Assembly (NCBI GenBank): GCA_002898895.1
Contig: BEHS01000001.1
Location: 7,106 to 71,105 of the forward strand
DNA from: a bacterium HR16
GTDB taxonomy: Bacteria > Armatimonadota > HRBIN16
Length of the DNA: 64,000 bases
Reading direction: 5' to 3'
The position numbers were made by a program, and so were the translations under genes. Under the pieces are notes generated by a model, which worked only from the letters and a program-made list of their open reading frames with translations, did no database searches and was not told the DNA's origin. Of this stretch, positions 1-9,541 are shown in pieces (the first letter of the stretch is position 1; the number at the start of each line of letters is the position of its first letter).

Positions 1-154
1 ACAAACACCGCCCCTAAGAACAGCACGCCAACCGTGCCCACCCAGGACCAGACCGGTCGGGTGAGAAACTCCGTTACCAGAAACGCCAGCCCAATAAAGG
101 TGAACAGTACGGTAGCATAGGGCGTTTGCAGCCATTGCATGAAGCCTTCGATGC
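1..154 (-). CDS. partial membrane protein. N-terminal 51 aa visible, rest off-window
   Basis: ATG at 154 on minus strand preceded by GGGGTG. Hydrophobic N-terminus MAVSIEGFMQWLQTPYATVLFTFIGLAFLV. Lies 9 nt downstream of the anti-sigma stop. Confidence 0.3.
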
Positions 155-163
155 TCACCGCCA

Positions 164-565
164 TCACCCCTGTGCCGAGCGACCGTAAGCCGGACGCTCT
201 GGCTCCACGATGTAGCGCGATAGCGTGATGGTCAGCTGGTACGTCACCACCTGCAGGAACAGGATGATGCCGTAGCAGACCTGCGATACCAGACGGCTCC
301 ACTGGCGGCGCAGCCGCTGGGCAAAAGGCAACCGTTGCTCGGCGATAATCTCGGCGAGCATCGGCTGAAACTCTCGCCACAGGTCAATCCGGGGCTCCGG
401 CGCTTCCAGCTGCCGGCAGAACTCCACAAACCGGCGCAGTTCCTGATATTCCCGAGAGCACGCTTCGCAAGCGTACAGGTGCTGCAGCACCTGTTCCCGC
501 TCTGTCTGGCTCAGCTGCTCGTCAATCAGCGCGCTCAGTCGTTCCTGTACCTCTTCGCAACGCAT
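164..565 (-). CDS. zinc-finger (ZAS/zf-HC2-like) anti-sigma factor
   Basis: Immediately follows the ECF sigma gene with a 2-nt gap. HxxxCxxC motif (HLYACEACSREY). C-terminal hydrophobic segment. Confidence 0.6.
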   Translation of the reverse strand: MRCEEVQERLSALIDEQLSQTEREQVLQHLYACEACSREYQELRRFVEFCRQLEAPEPRIDLWREFQPMLAEIIAEQRLPFAQRLRRQWSRLVSQVCYGIILFLQVVTYQLTITLSRYIVEPERPAYGRSAQG

Positions 566-567
566 GG

Positions 568-1215
568 TTACTCACCTACCCCCTGCCAGTAAGTTCGATA
601 ATAAGGTTCAAAAAGACGTTTAAAAGCCAATCGGGCACGATGCAAGCGCGATTTCACGTTCGCAATCGTCAAGCCGGTGATGTGACTGATTTCCTCATAG
701 GAGAGCTGCTCGAAGTCACGTAGCACCAGCATTGTCCGGTAGTCTTCGGGCAAGCGCGCCAGCACCTCACGCACTTTCCGTTGCAGTTCCTCGCGCTCCA
801 CGTGTGCCTGTAAATCCTCGTCCGACACCGGCTCATAACCACCGTTTTCGCGCTCCGCCATCTCTTCCAGCGAATCGGTCCTCTCTCGCTTCATGTCGCG
901 CAGGCGATTACAGCACAGGTTGTGCGCGATACGCAGTAGCCACGCGCGGAAGCTGCTGTCTCCGCGGAAGGAGCGGATGTTTTTGAACGCCCGGATAAAC
1001 ACCTCCTGCGTCAGGTCGTGCGCTTCCTCACCGGGCACCATCCGGTACACCACACTGTATACCAGCCTCATGTACTTCTGGTACAGCTTCTCAAAGGCGG
1101 ACGAGTCGCCGTCGCTGCATCGGCGTACCAGCAAGATGTCTTCGTCCAGTGGCGCGATCATGTTGAACGTAATCTCTTGCGTTGCCTCCGTGGGCGTGCC
1201 AGCTGTCAGTACCAT
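568..1215 (-). CDS. ECF-type RNA polymerase sigma-70 factor
   Basis: Region-2 and region-4 signatures (FEKLYQKYMRLVYSVVYRMV; SYEEISHITGLTIANVKSRLHRAR). Paired with the downstream anti-sigma. Confidence 0.8.
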   Translation of the reverse strand: MVLTAGTPTEATQEITFNMIAPLDEDILLVRRCSDGDSSAFEKLYQKYMRLVYSVVYRMVPGEEAHDLTQEVFIRAFKNIRSFRGDSSFRAWLLRIAHNLCCNRLRDMKRERTDSLEEMAERENGGYEPVSDEDLQAHVEREELQRKVREVLARLPEDYRTMLVLRDFEQLSYEEISHITGLTIANVKSRLHRARLAFKRLFEPYYRTYWQGVGE

Positions 1216-1272
1216 TCGTCACCTTCCCCTTGCCAGGCGTTGTGGAAGGCGCGAATGCGCGCCTTCCGATTT

Positions 1273-2199
1273 TTACCGTCCGGGCGCAGGTGGACCGGGA
1301 GGAGGTCCTCCCATCATCTGCTGGAACATCTGCATCCCCTGCTCCATCAGCATCCTTCGCTCTTCGGGCGACATGTTCATGAACATGCGCAACCCTTCTT
1401 GCATCATCTGCATCCGCAGTGACGGGTCCATGTTCATGAACATCTGGATACCCATGCGCATCGCCCTCTGGCGCTCTTCCGGCGACATCTGCATGAACAA
1501 CTGCATTCTCTGCTGCTCCAGCGCCAGGAAGTCCTCTGCGCGTACTTGTCCCTGCCTGCCACGTTGCCCCGCTTGCTGGGCAACCATCGGTTGCTGGTAA
1601 AACACCACGTATACCGGGCGCGTCTTAAACGCCGGAACCATCTCGTCCAGCTGCTGTTCGAAGTCCGACGATACGGTCACGTTGCGCACGAAGGAGGTAA
1701 TCCGGTTACCGGTAGTATCTGCAACAATCAGCCCCTGCGCTTCGAGGTTTACAATGGAGCGCACCCAGTTGACCAGCGTCTCAGAAGCGGGCAACTCCAT
1801 ATCCGCACGCAGGTACACCTTGCGCCAGACTACGCCGGGTATCTGTTTGACGACCGCATCCAGCGCAGACTGAGCGTCCTTTGCCTGCGCGGGCGGCGTC
1901 ACACGTCCCTGCAACAGCGGGTCCACCACCACCTGCAGTCGAAACCGCTGGGCGATGTCTGCCAGAACCTGTCGCACGTCACTACCGGTTTGCCGCGCTT
2001 GCTGAGGCAGTTGCTGCTGGAACTGTGCTGCAGGCGGCTGAAAATCGGCGGGCGGCGGTGGCGGCATCACCGGCTCCGCCGGCACATCCACTGGCGGTTC
2101 CGGTGGGGGTTCAGGCTCACCCGGGGCGGGCTGTGCCCAGAGCGGGATGAGGGCATACACAGATAACGCCACGATAGCCGCTATCGTTCTCCACCACAT
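1273..2199 (-). CDS. secreted protein with Pro-rich linker and C-terminal Met-rich repeats (MFMNMSPEERR-like)
   Basis: N-terminal signal/TM, PEPPPEPP stretch, then 4-5 repeats of MQMFMNM..SPEER. First gene of the sigma/anti-sigma operon. Confidence 0.6.
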   Translation of the reverse strand: MWWRTIAAIVALSVYALIPLWAQPAPGEPEPPPEPPVDVPAEPVMPPPPPADFQPPAAQFQQQLPQQARQTGSDVRQVLADIAQRFRLQVVVDPLLQGRVTPPAQAKDAQSALDAVVKQIPGVVWRKVYLRADMELPASETLVNWVRSIVNLEAQGLIVADTTGNRITSFVRNVTVSSDFEQQLDEMVPAFKTRPVYVVFYQQPMVAQQAGQRGRQGQVRAEDFLALEQQRMQLFMQMSPEERQRAMRMGIQMFMNMDPSLRMQMMQEGLRMFMNMSPEERRMLMEQGMQMFQQMMGGPPPGPPAPGR

Positions 2200-2420
2200 C
2201 TTAAAACGACCTCCTCGTTTCCTTCATTTCTTATTAGACACCGGGCGCGTTCGAAAAGTTGCGCTCCGTGAGGAATTATGCCAGCTATCGCGATTTTCCT
2301 CACTGTGTACATTGTACCCCCTGTTTTTAGCGACGGGCATCGGGCAGGCTGAACGCGCCGACCGTTCGTGCAGGAACCGCTTCTTCCACGAAAGAATCAG
2401 GTGAGATCAGGAGGAACCTT

Positions 2421-4445
2421 GTGATGCCAAGAGCTATTACCATCGACGACCTGTTTCGGCTCCGGCTGGTCAGCGATGCGCAGATTGCGCCCGATGGTGA
2501 ACGGGTGGTCTGTGTGGTGAAGAACGCTGATCGCGAGAAGAACAAATACTTCAGCCATCTGTACCTGTGTGACCTGCGCACGCGCGAGGTGCGCCAGTTC
2601 ACCAGCGGCGAGGTCGCCGATAGCCAGCCACGCTGGTCCCCGGACGGCAAGACCATCGCCTTTGTCAGCAATCGCCAGAAGCCCAAATCACAGATATTCC
2701 TGATACCGGTGGACGGCGGCGAGGCGCGTGCACTCACCTCGCTGGAGGAAGGTAGCATCGGCGAAATCGCCTGGTCGCCGGACGGCACGAAGATAACGTT
2801 TACCTTCCGCCTCACGCCCGAGCAGTGGCGCGAACAGGTGGTGAAAGAGCGGAAGGAGAAAGGCCTGTCTACCCCGCCCCGTATCATCACCCGTCCGTTT
2901 TACCGGCTGGACGGCGCTGGCTACTTCGACGGCGAGTACTATCAGGTGTGGGTAGCGGACGCCCGTACCGGCGAAGCAAAGCAACTTACGAACGAAGCGA
3001 CATCCTGCGGTAGCCTGAGCTGGTCCCCGGACAGCAGCAAGGTTGCCTTTGTGTGCAACCGCAGTGAAGACCCCGACCTGAACCCCAATCTCGAGGATAT
3101 CTGGCTGGTCCCTGCCGGAGGCGGCGACCTGCAACGGGTAGAGACTCCGAAGGGACCCAAGGGCGGACTCGCTTTCTCGCCCGATGGCACGTGCATCGCC
3201 TACATCGGACATACGAAAGTAGAGGACATCTGGGGTGTTACGAATGACCACCTGTGGATAGCCGACCTGAGCAACGGCACAGCGCGAGACATCATGGAGG
3301 GATTTGACCGTTCGCTGGGCAACCTGACGCTCAGCGATATGCGCGACGTGGGCGGAGGTAGCCGTCCAACGTGGACGCCTGACGGCAAACGGCTGCTGTT
3401 CCTCGCCAGCGACAGGGGCAGCACGAAGCTCTACAGCATCTCCGCCGACGGAGGCGAACCCGTTGCTCTGCGTGGAGAGCGTGCAGACATCACAACGTTC
3501 TCTCTCAGCGCGGACGGCAAGTGCCTCGCATGGTGCGAAGGCACTGCTACGCAACCGCATGAGGTATTCACCGGCACGCTGGAAGACGGGGCGATACAAA
3601 ACGCCAGCGCCGTTACCTGCTTCAATGCCGAGTGGTTGGCGGAAGTGCAGGTACAGGCTCCCGAAGAGTTTACCTGTACCTCGCCCGAGGGCAACGAGGT
3701 GCATGGATGGATTCTGCATCCCCCCGACTTTGACCCGGCGAAGAAATATCCCCTCATCCTGGAGATACATGGTGGACCGCACGCGCAGTACGGCTGGGTA
3801 TTTTTCCACGAGTTCCAGCTGCTGGCGGCGCAGGGCTACGTGGTACTGTACACCAACCCGCGCGGCAGCAAGGGATATGGCGAGGCGCACACGGCGGCGA
3901 TTAAAGGCACATGGGGCGGACCCGACTACACCGACCTGATGGCAGCGGTAGATGCGCTGCTGGCACGCGGGTATATTGACGAGACGCGCATGGGCGTGAT
4001 GGGCGGTTCCTATGGCGGCTACATGACCAACTGGGTGGTGTCGCATACCGACCGCTTCCGCGCCGCCATCACCGACCGCAGCGTGGTTAACCTGCACAGC
4101 ATGGCGGGAACCTGCGACTTCCCCCTGCTACCCGGCGGCGACTACTTCCGGGGCAACGCCTGGGCAGAACCGCAAGACCTGTGGGAGCACTCGCCGCTGA
4201 AGTACGCGGATAATATCCACACCCCGTTGCTTATCATCCATAGCGAGGGCGACCTGCGCTGCCCTATCGAGCAAGCAGAGCAGCTGTTCGCCGCGTTGAA
4301 GGTGCAAAAGAAGGAAGCGGTGCTGGTGCGCTATCCGCTGGAGAGCAGCCATGGGCTATCCCGTTCCGGTCCGCCCGACCTGCGCGTGCACCGACTGCAA
4401 CAGATTGTGGAGTGGTGGAAGAGGTATCTGGCGCAGGATGGGTAG
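2421..4445 (+). CDS. S9 family serine peptidase (prolyl oligopeptidase/acylaminoacyl-peptidase-like) with N-terminal beta-propeller
   Basis: TolB-like WSPDG repeats in the N-terminal half. C-terminal catalytic GGSYGGYMT nucleophile elbow plus conserved D/H region. Confidence 0.85.
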   Translation: MMPRAITIDDLFRLRLVSDAQIAPDGERVVCVVKNADREKNKYFSHLYLCDLRTREVRQFTSGEVADSQPRWSPDGKTIAFVSNRQKPKSQIFLIPVDGGEARALTSLEEGSIGEIAWSPDGTKITFTFRLTPEQWREQVVKERKEKGLSTPPRIITRPFYRLDGAGYFDGEYYQVWVADARTGEAKQLTNEATSCGSLSWSPDSSKVAFVCNRSEDPDLNPNLEDIWLVPAGGGDLQRVETPKGPKGGLAFSPDGTCIAYIGHTKVEDIWGVTNDHLWIADLSNGTARDIMEGFDRSLGNLTLSDMRDVGGGSRPTWTPDGKRLLFLASDRGSTKLYSISADGGEPVALRGERADITTFSLSADGKCLAWCEGTATQPHEVFTGTLEDGAIQNASAVTCFNAEWLAEVQVQAPEEFTCTSPEGNEVHGWILHPPDFDPAKKYPLILEIHGGPHAQYGWVFFHEFQLLAAQGYVVLYTNPRGSKGYGEAHTAAIKGTWGGPDYTDLMAAVDALLARGYIDETRMGVMGGSYGGYMTNWVVSHTDRFRAAITDRSVVNLHSMAGTCDFPLLPGGDYFRGNAWAEPQDLWEHSPLKYADNIHTPLLIIHSEGDLRCPIEQAEQLFAALKVQKKEAVLVRYPLESSHGLSRSGPPDLRVHRLQQIVEWWKRYLAQDG

Positions 4446-4488
4446 TCTATCCGACGAATCAAAAACTGATGAAAAGGAGGTGACTTTC

Positions 4489-4869
4489 ATGCGCATCCAG
4501 CAAACTGTGGCGTGTCTGCTGGCGGTGCTTCTCTTGCTGAACATCGCGGCGCAGGCGCAAAAGAGTGCCAAACCCAAGGCGGACAAGAACGTTCCCAAGT
4601 ACGTCTGCCTGATGTGTAAGGTGGGGGCAGATAAACAGGGGAAATGCCCCATCTGCAACCTGCCGATGGCAAAGGCAGGGGTATACGTGTGCACCGAGTG
4701 CGGTGCCATGGCGGATAAAAAGGGCGACTGCCCACACTGCAAAAAGCCGATGGTCAAGCTGTCCAGCCTGGCGAAGAAGTGCAAAGTGTGTGGCTATTAC
4801 AGCGACAAGAACAAGAAAGAGTGTCCGGTGTGCGAGTACCGTAAGAAGATGAAATCGAAGAAGCCTTAG
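4489..4869 (+). CDS. secreted small protein with three Cys4 zinc-ribbon-like repeats (CxxC-x9-CPxC-x-PM)
   Basis: RBS AAAGGAGG 8 nt upstream of the ATG. Signal peptide ending AQAQ. Triplicated C-x2-C ... C-P-x-C unit. Confidence 0.55.
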   Translation: MRIQQTVACLLAVLLLLNIAAQAQKSAKPKADKNVPKYVCLMCKVGADKQGKCPICNLPMAKAGVYVCTECGAMADKKGDCPHCKKPMVKLSSLAKKCKVCGYYSDKNKKECPVCEYRKKMKSKKP

Positions 4870-4902
4870 CCCGTGACGTGCCGATCCTGAGGTGTCTCAT
4901 GT

Positions 4903-5036
4903 GAAGGGCGAGCCTCCCGGTGAGCCAGAACGCCCCACCTGACCTCCCTGCACGCGGGGAGGAGTATGGATATTGTCTCCCTGCAAGCAGGGGGACGAGA
5001 GGGGTGGCTAACGGCTCGGCAGGAGTCTCGCCCTCC
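4903..5036. repeat. MITE-like composite hairpin element (family-2 terminal inverted repeats GGAGGGCGAGGCTCC..CCGAGCC)
   Basis: GAAGGGCGAGCCTCCCGGTGAGCC at the left end and its inverted complement CGGCTCGGCAGGAGTCTCGCCCTCC at the right end. Related copies at 31974-32110 and 39647-39773. Confidence 0.6.
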
Positions 5037-5045
5037 GAATGTTTG

Positions 5046-5071
5046 TCCTGGAGGATCGTGCTCCGTCGCGA
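5046..5071. repeat. family-3 short hairpin repeat (GGAGGATCGTGCTCCGTCGCGACC)
   Basis: Near-identical copies at 39780-39803, 61875-61897 and 61915-61937, and inverted at 23657-23681. Confidence 0.5.
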
Positions 5072-5082
5072 CCAAAAACAGA

Positions 5083-5292
5083 CTACTCTTGCTTTTTCTC
5101 CCCCGGTGCCTGCACGATAACCGGCCCCATGCCCTGATACTGCTTATGGGTGCCGTCGCAGAAGGGGAACTTGCTGGATTTGAAACATCGACACAGCGCT
5201 ACCCGTTCACCGGGCTCCAGCTCTACGACCGTACGTGGTCGTCCTTCAATCTCCTCTGTAGAGTGCTTCGCCATAGCTGTACTCCTCACCAT
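5083..5292 (-). CDS. CDGSH iron-sulfur domain protein (mitoNEET-like zinc finger)
   Basis: Canonical CRCFKSSKFPFCDGTH motif. Confidence 0.8.
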   Translation of the reverse strand: MVRSTAMAKHSTEEIEGRPRTVVELEPGERVALCRCFKSSKFPFCDGTHKQYQGMGPVIVQAPGEKKQE

Positions 5293-5452
5293 ACGAATTG
5301 ACAGTTTTTCTCTACGCTCTCCACGCTTCTATCTCCTGCTATCGGTGTTCGCCAGCGGTTGCGCAAAGGGTTGCCGATATGATATACTTATGTTGGTTGA
5401 GGGTATGATGAGCAGGTAGGGCGGCATAAGGGGGTAGCAATAATCTCGGAAG

Positions 5453-5483
5453 AGAGTGGGCAGGCTCGCCCACTCTTTTTCTT
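5453..5483 (+). terminator. intrinsic-terminator-like hairpin in the nusA leader
   Basis: 9-bp perfect stem AGAGTGGGC/GCCCACTCT, 6-nt loop, followed by TTTTTCTT. Sits 40 nt upstream of the nusA start. Confidence 0.45.
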
Positions 5484-5522
5484 ACCCTGTGAAGAGGTAA
5501 CTAGCTAGGATAGAGGGCAGCC

Positions 5523-6602
5523 ATGAACAGTGAATTCATCGAGATACTGCGTGCGCTGGAACGCGAGAGGGACATCCCGCTGGCGGTGCTCTGGGAGGCG
5601 CTGGAAACCGCTTTGACCAACGCCTACAAGAAGCACTGTGGCGCTGTCGGCGATGTGCGTCTTCGCCTCGATTCCAGTAAGGCGGGGGTTCGGTTGTTCT
5701 GTGAGCGTACCGTGGTGGAAGAGGTGGAGAACCCGCATACCCAGATTAGCCTGGAAGAGGCGCGGAAGTTTAAACCGGAAGCGGAGATTGGGGACACCGT
5801 GTCTGTACCGGTGGACCTGGATGACTTTGGTCGCATCGCTGCGCAAACCGCCAAGCAGGTAATCGTCCAGCGCATTCGTGAAGCGGAGCGGGAGCAGATA
5901 TATCAGGAGTTTCAAGAGCGAGTAGGCGAGATACTCTCCGGCTTCGTGCAGCGCAGGGAAGGTCCGAACGTGATTATCGACCTCGACAGGGTAGAAGCCA
6001 TCCTGCCGCCTGAGGAGCAAGTTCCCAATGAACCGTATCGCCCGCACGACCGCCTGCGCGTGTATCTGTTGCGGGTGGAGCGCACCACGAAGTCGCCACG
6101 CATTATCGTGTCGCGCAGTCACCCCAGCCTCATCCGTCGTCTGTTCGAGCTGGAGGTGCCCGAGGTGCGTGAGGGAAGCGTAGTGATTAAGGCGGTGGCA
6201 CGAGAGCCGGGAGCGCGCTCCAAAATCGCCGTGTGGGCGAAGGAGTCGAACATCGACCCGGTGGGTAGCTGTGTAGGGCTTCGGGGGACCCGGGTGCAGG
6301 CGGTGGTAAACGAGCTGTACGATGAAAAAATAGACATCATCCGCTGGTATCCCGACCCGGCGCAGTTTATCGCGGAGGCGCTGAGCCCGGCGAAGGTTTC
6401 GAGAGTGTATCTGAACGAGAAAGAGAAGAGCGCGCTGGTCATCGTGCCCGACGACCAGCTCTCGCTGGCGATTGGCAAAGCGGGGCAGAATGTGCGGCTG
6501 GCGGCACGCTTAACCGGCTGGAAGATAGATATTCGAAGTGAATCGCAGATCGCCCAGGACGCGCTGAAGACGGACAAAGAGGAACAGGAAAGCGTATCCT
6601 GA
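5523..6602 (+). CDS. nusA: transcription termination/antitermination factor NusA
   Basis: Full-length NusA N-terminal, S1 and KH domains (e.g. GDTVSVPVDLDDFGRIAAQTAKQVIVQRIREAERE). Conserved operon context. Confidence 0.95.
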   Translation: MNSEFIEILRALERERDIPLAVLWEALETALTNAYKKHCGAVGDVRLRLDSSKAGVRLFCERTVVEEVENPHTQISLEEARKFKPEAEIGDTVSVPVDLDDFGRIAAQTAKQVIVQRIREAEREQIYQEFQERVGEILSGFVQRREGPNVIIDLDRVEAILPPEEQVPNEPYRPHDRLRVYLLRVERTTKSPRIIVSRSHPSLIRRLFELEVPEVREGSVVIKAVAREPGARSKIAVWAKESNIDPVGSCVGLRGTRVQAVVNELYDEKIDIIRWYPDPAQFIAEALSPAKVSRVYLNEKEKSALVIVPDDQLSLAIGKAGQNVRLAARLTGWKIDIRSESQIAQDALKTDKEEQESVS

Positions 6603-6628
6603 GCAGAAAAACAGTTCTGGAGTGCACG

Positions 6629-6922
6629 ATGCCTGCACGCAAACATACGCCGATACGGACGTGCGTGGCGTGTCGAACCGCCGCGCCAAAGAGGGGATTA
6701 ATGCGCGTCGTACGCACCCCTGAAGGCGCAGTGGTTGTAGACCCCACCGGTAAAAGGGCGGGGCGTGGGGCATACGTCTGTCGGAATGTGTCCTGCGTGC
6801 AGACGGCACTGAAGGCGAAAAAGCTGGAGCGGTCGCTGAAAGTACCGTTGCCAGCGGATACTGCGCAGGAGCTGCTGCAGCTGGCTGCGCAGGCAGAAGA
6901 GGAGGAGGTGACTCGCTCGTGA
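6629..6922 (+). CDS. ylxR: YlxR/DUF448 family RNA-binding protein
   Basis: RTCVACR...GRGAYVC motif. Located between nusA and infB. Confidence 0.8.
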   Translation: MPARKHTPIRTCVACRTAAPKRGLMRVVRTPEGAVVVDPTGKRAGRGAYVCRNVSCVQTALKAKKLERSLKVPLPADTAQELLQLAAQAEEEEVTRS

Positions 6923-8883
6923 ACCGGATTCGCGTTGGTGATTTGGCAAAAGACCTGCAGATGAGTGTTGCCGAGCTGCTCAGCACGCTGACCGACCTGG
7001 GCGTGGAGGTGCGAAACGCTGATAGTCTGATAGATATCTCCACAGCGCAGGCGGTGCGCGAGGTGCTCGACAAAGGGCACCCGGTGGTGGAACTACCACC
7101 GTCACTGACCGTGCGCGAGCTGGCTCAGGCACTGGGCGTGCAGTCCACGCAGGTGCAGCAAAAGCTGATGAAAGTAGGCATACTGGCGGGGCTGAACCAG
7201 CAGCTCTCCGCCGACCAGATCGAGCGAGTTGCCTACGAGCTGGGCTACAGTGTCCGCTGGACAGAGGCGAAAGAGCCGGAAGTGCCCGAAAGCGCACGCC
7301 CCCGCACCGCATCGTCAGGAGGGCCGCAACCCCGCCCGCCGGTGGTGACCATTCTCGGGCACGTAGACCACGGAAAGACCACCTTGCTGGATGCCATCCG
7401 GCGCACCAACGTGGCAGAAGGCGAATACGGTGGTATTACCCAGCATATCGGCGCGTATCAGGTAGAGGTGGAGCATGCCGGCGAGAAGGCAAAAATCACC
7501 TTCTTGGACACCCCCGGACATGAAGCCTTCACCGCTATGCGAGCGCGAGGCGCGCAGGTCACCGACATCGCGGTGCTGGTGGTTGCCGCCGACGACGGCG
7601 TGATGCCCCAGACCGTGGAAGCGCTGAACCACGCCAAAGCTGCCAATGTGCCTATCATCGTTGCCATCAACAAGATAGACAAACCCGAAGCCAACCCCGA
7701 CCGGGTGAAACAGCAGCTGGCGGAGCTGGGCGTGATGCCGGAGGAATGGGGCGGTGACACCATCTTCGTGCCCGTATCGGCGAAACAGCGCATCGGGTTA
7801 GGCGACCTGCTCGAGGCCATCCTGCTGGTCGCCGAGGTGCAGGAGTTGAAAGCCGACCCCAACGCTCCAGCCCAGGGGGTGGTCATCGAGTCCAAACTGG
7901 ATAAGGGCAGAGGTCCTGTTGCCACGATTATCGTTCAGCAAGGAACCTTCAAGCAGGGCGACGCGGTGGTAGCAGGGGAAGCTTATGGGCGCATCAAGGC
8001 ATTGCTGGACGATAGAGGCAACCGCGTGCCCAAAGCGACACCGGCTATGCCCGTAGAGGTCATCGGCTTGTCGGCAGTGCCCAATGCAGGCGAAAAGATG
8101 GAAGTGGTGAAAGATGAGCGCACCGCCCGACAAATCGCTATGGAGCGCGAGCAACGCCACCGCCAGGAGAAGCTCGCCAGCCAGCGTGCCCGTGTGACCA
8201 TGAAAGACCTCAGCCGGCTGATTAAGGAGGGCGAGATCAAGGAGCTGCTGGTGGTGCTGAAGGCGGACGTGCACGGCTCGGTGGAAGCGGTGCGCAGCTC
8301 GCTGGAGCGACTGGAACATCCCGAAGTGCGCCTGCGGGTTCTGCACGCGGCTGTGGGTAACATCACCGAGTCCGACATTATGCTGGCGTCGGCATCCAAC
8401 GCACTGGTTATCGGCTTTAACGTGCGGGTGGAACCGGAAGCACAGCGCGTTGCGGAGCAGGAGCGCGTGGAAGTGCGCACCTACCGCATCATCTACGAGC
8501 TGGTAGAGGACATCAAGGCGGCGATGCTGGGTATGCTACAGCCGGTTCTGGAGGAGTTTCCGCTGGGTAAAGCGGAGGTGCGTGCGGTGTTCAATCTGCC
8601 GCGTGGCACGGTCGCAGGGTGCTATGTTACCGAGGGCAAGATAGTGCGCAACGCCGAGGCGCGCATCTGGCGCAAGAAGGAGTTGCTGTATACCGGCAAA
8701 ATCGTTTCCCTGCGCCACCTGAAGGAGGACGTCCGCGAAATCGCTCAGGGCTACGAATGCGGTATCATGGTGGACGGTTTCTCGGACTTCGAGGAGGGTG
8801 ACACCATCGAATGCTTCGAGAGGCGGGAAGTCTCTCGCGCCGGACATACGATTACCCAGCGGAGCGCAACAGCGGTTTCGTAG
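6919..8883 (+). CDS. infB: translation initiation factor IF-2
   Basis: GTPase G1-G4 motifs ([24 protein letters not shown]). Typical IF-2 C-terminal domains. Confidence 0.95.
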   Translation: MNRIRVGDLAKDLQMSVAELLSTLTDLGVEVRNADSLIDISTAQAVREVLDKGHPVVELPPSLTVRELAQALGVQSTQVQQKLMKVGILAGLNQQLSADQIERVAYELGYSVRWTEAKEPEVPESARPRTASSGGPQPRPPVVTILGHVDHGKTTLLDAIRRTNVAEGEYGGITQHIGAYQVEVEHAGEKAKITFLDTPGHEAFTAMRARGAQVTDIAVLVVAADDGVMPQTVEALNHAKAANVPIIVAINKIDKPEANPDRVKQQLAELGVMPEEWGGDTIFVPVSAKQRIGLGDLLEAILLVAEVQELKADPNAPAQGVVIESKLDKGRGPVATIIVQQGTFKQGDAVVAGEAYGRIKALLDDRGNRVPKATPAMPVEVIGLSAVPNAGEKMEVVKDERTARQIAMEREQRHRQEKLASQRARVTMKDLSRLIKEGEIKELLVVLKADVHGSVEAVRSSLERLEHPEVRLRVLHAAVGNITESDIMLASASNALVIGFNVRVEPEAQRVAEQERVEVRTYRIIYELVEDIKAAMLGMLQPVLEEFPLGKAEVRAVFNLPRGTVAGCYVTEGKIVRNAEARIWRKKELLYTGKIVSLRHLKEDVREIAQGYECGIMVDGFSDFEEGDTIECFERREVSRAGHTITQRSATAVS

Positions 8884-8893
8884 AAGATACTGA

Positions 8894-9193
8894 ATGACAG
8901 CAGGTGCAATGATGGTCGTCGGCGTGCTGACGGTAGAATTGCATCTTTACGAAGCGACCTCTCTGAAAGAGAAGCGTCACGTGGTGCGTAGTACTTTGGA
9001 CACCCTGCGCAACAAGTTCAACCTCTCTGCTGCCGAGGTAGACCATCTGGACGAATGGCAGCAGGCAACGCTGGGCTTTTCCTGCGTGGGCAACGACAAA
9101 CAGCACGTGAACAGCGTGCTGAACAAGGCGCTGGACTTTTTATACGCCGACCCACGCATTGAAGTGATCGCAGTCAATATGGAGTTGTGGTGA
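8894..9193 (+). CDS. DUF503 (YlxP-like) family protein
   Basis: Size and position between infB and rbfA. SLKEKRHVVRSTLDTLRNKF motif. Confidence 0.7.
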   Translation: MTAGAMMVVGVLTVELHLYEATSLKEKRHVVRSTLDTLRNKFNLSAAEVDHLDEWQQATLGFSCVGNDKQHVNSVLNKALDFLYADPRIEVIAVNMELW

Positions 9194-9196
9194 AAA

Positions 9197-9541
9197 ATGA
9201 GCAGCAACAGAGTATCCAAGATAGAGAGCTTGCTGGTTAGCGAAATCAGCGACATCGTACGACACGAGTTGAAGGACCCGCGTCTTGCGGGAGTGACCAT
9301 CACCCAGGCAAGGGTATCGCGCGATTTAAGCCACGCCAAGGTGTATGTGAGCGCGCTGGGGGGCGTGGAGGCGCGAGACAAAGCGCTGGAAGTATTGCGC
9401 GCGCTTGCCGGGCGTATTCGAGGCGAGTTTGGTCGTCGCGCGCACCTGCGTATTGTGCCGGAAATCCAGTTCGAGCCGGATGAGGGCATCGAGGCAGGAA
9501 TGCGCGTGCACGAACTGTTGCGACAGCTGGAACAGGGATGA
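9197..9541 (+). CDS. rbfA: ribosome-binding factor A
   Basis: RbfA signature (KDPRLAGVTITQARVSRDLSHAKVYVS). Confidence 0.9.
   Translation: MSSNRVSKIESLLVSEISDIVRHELKDPRLAGVTITQARVSRDLSHAKVYVSALGGVEARDKALEVLRALAGRIRGEFGRRAHLRIVPEIQFEPDEGIEAGMRVHELLRQLEQG

Noticed and set aside
893-1600. 235-aa plus-strand ORF spanning the sigma-factor / Met-rich gene junction
   Set aside because: Overlaps two well-supported minus-strand genes. Composition (Cys/Ser/Arg-rich) typical of antisense frame.
2688-4097. 469-aa ORF on the minus strand inside the S9 peptidase gene
   Set aside because: Antisense to a well-supported gene with strong motif evidence. Long stop-free antisense frames are expected at this GC content. 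Sequence is low-complexity Ala/Arg/Gly-rich.
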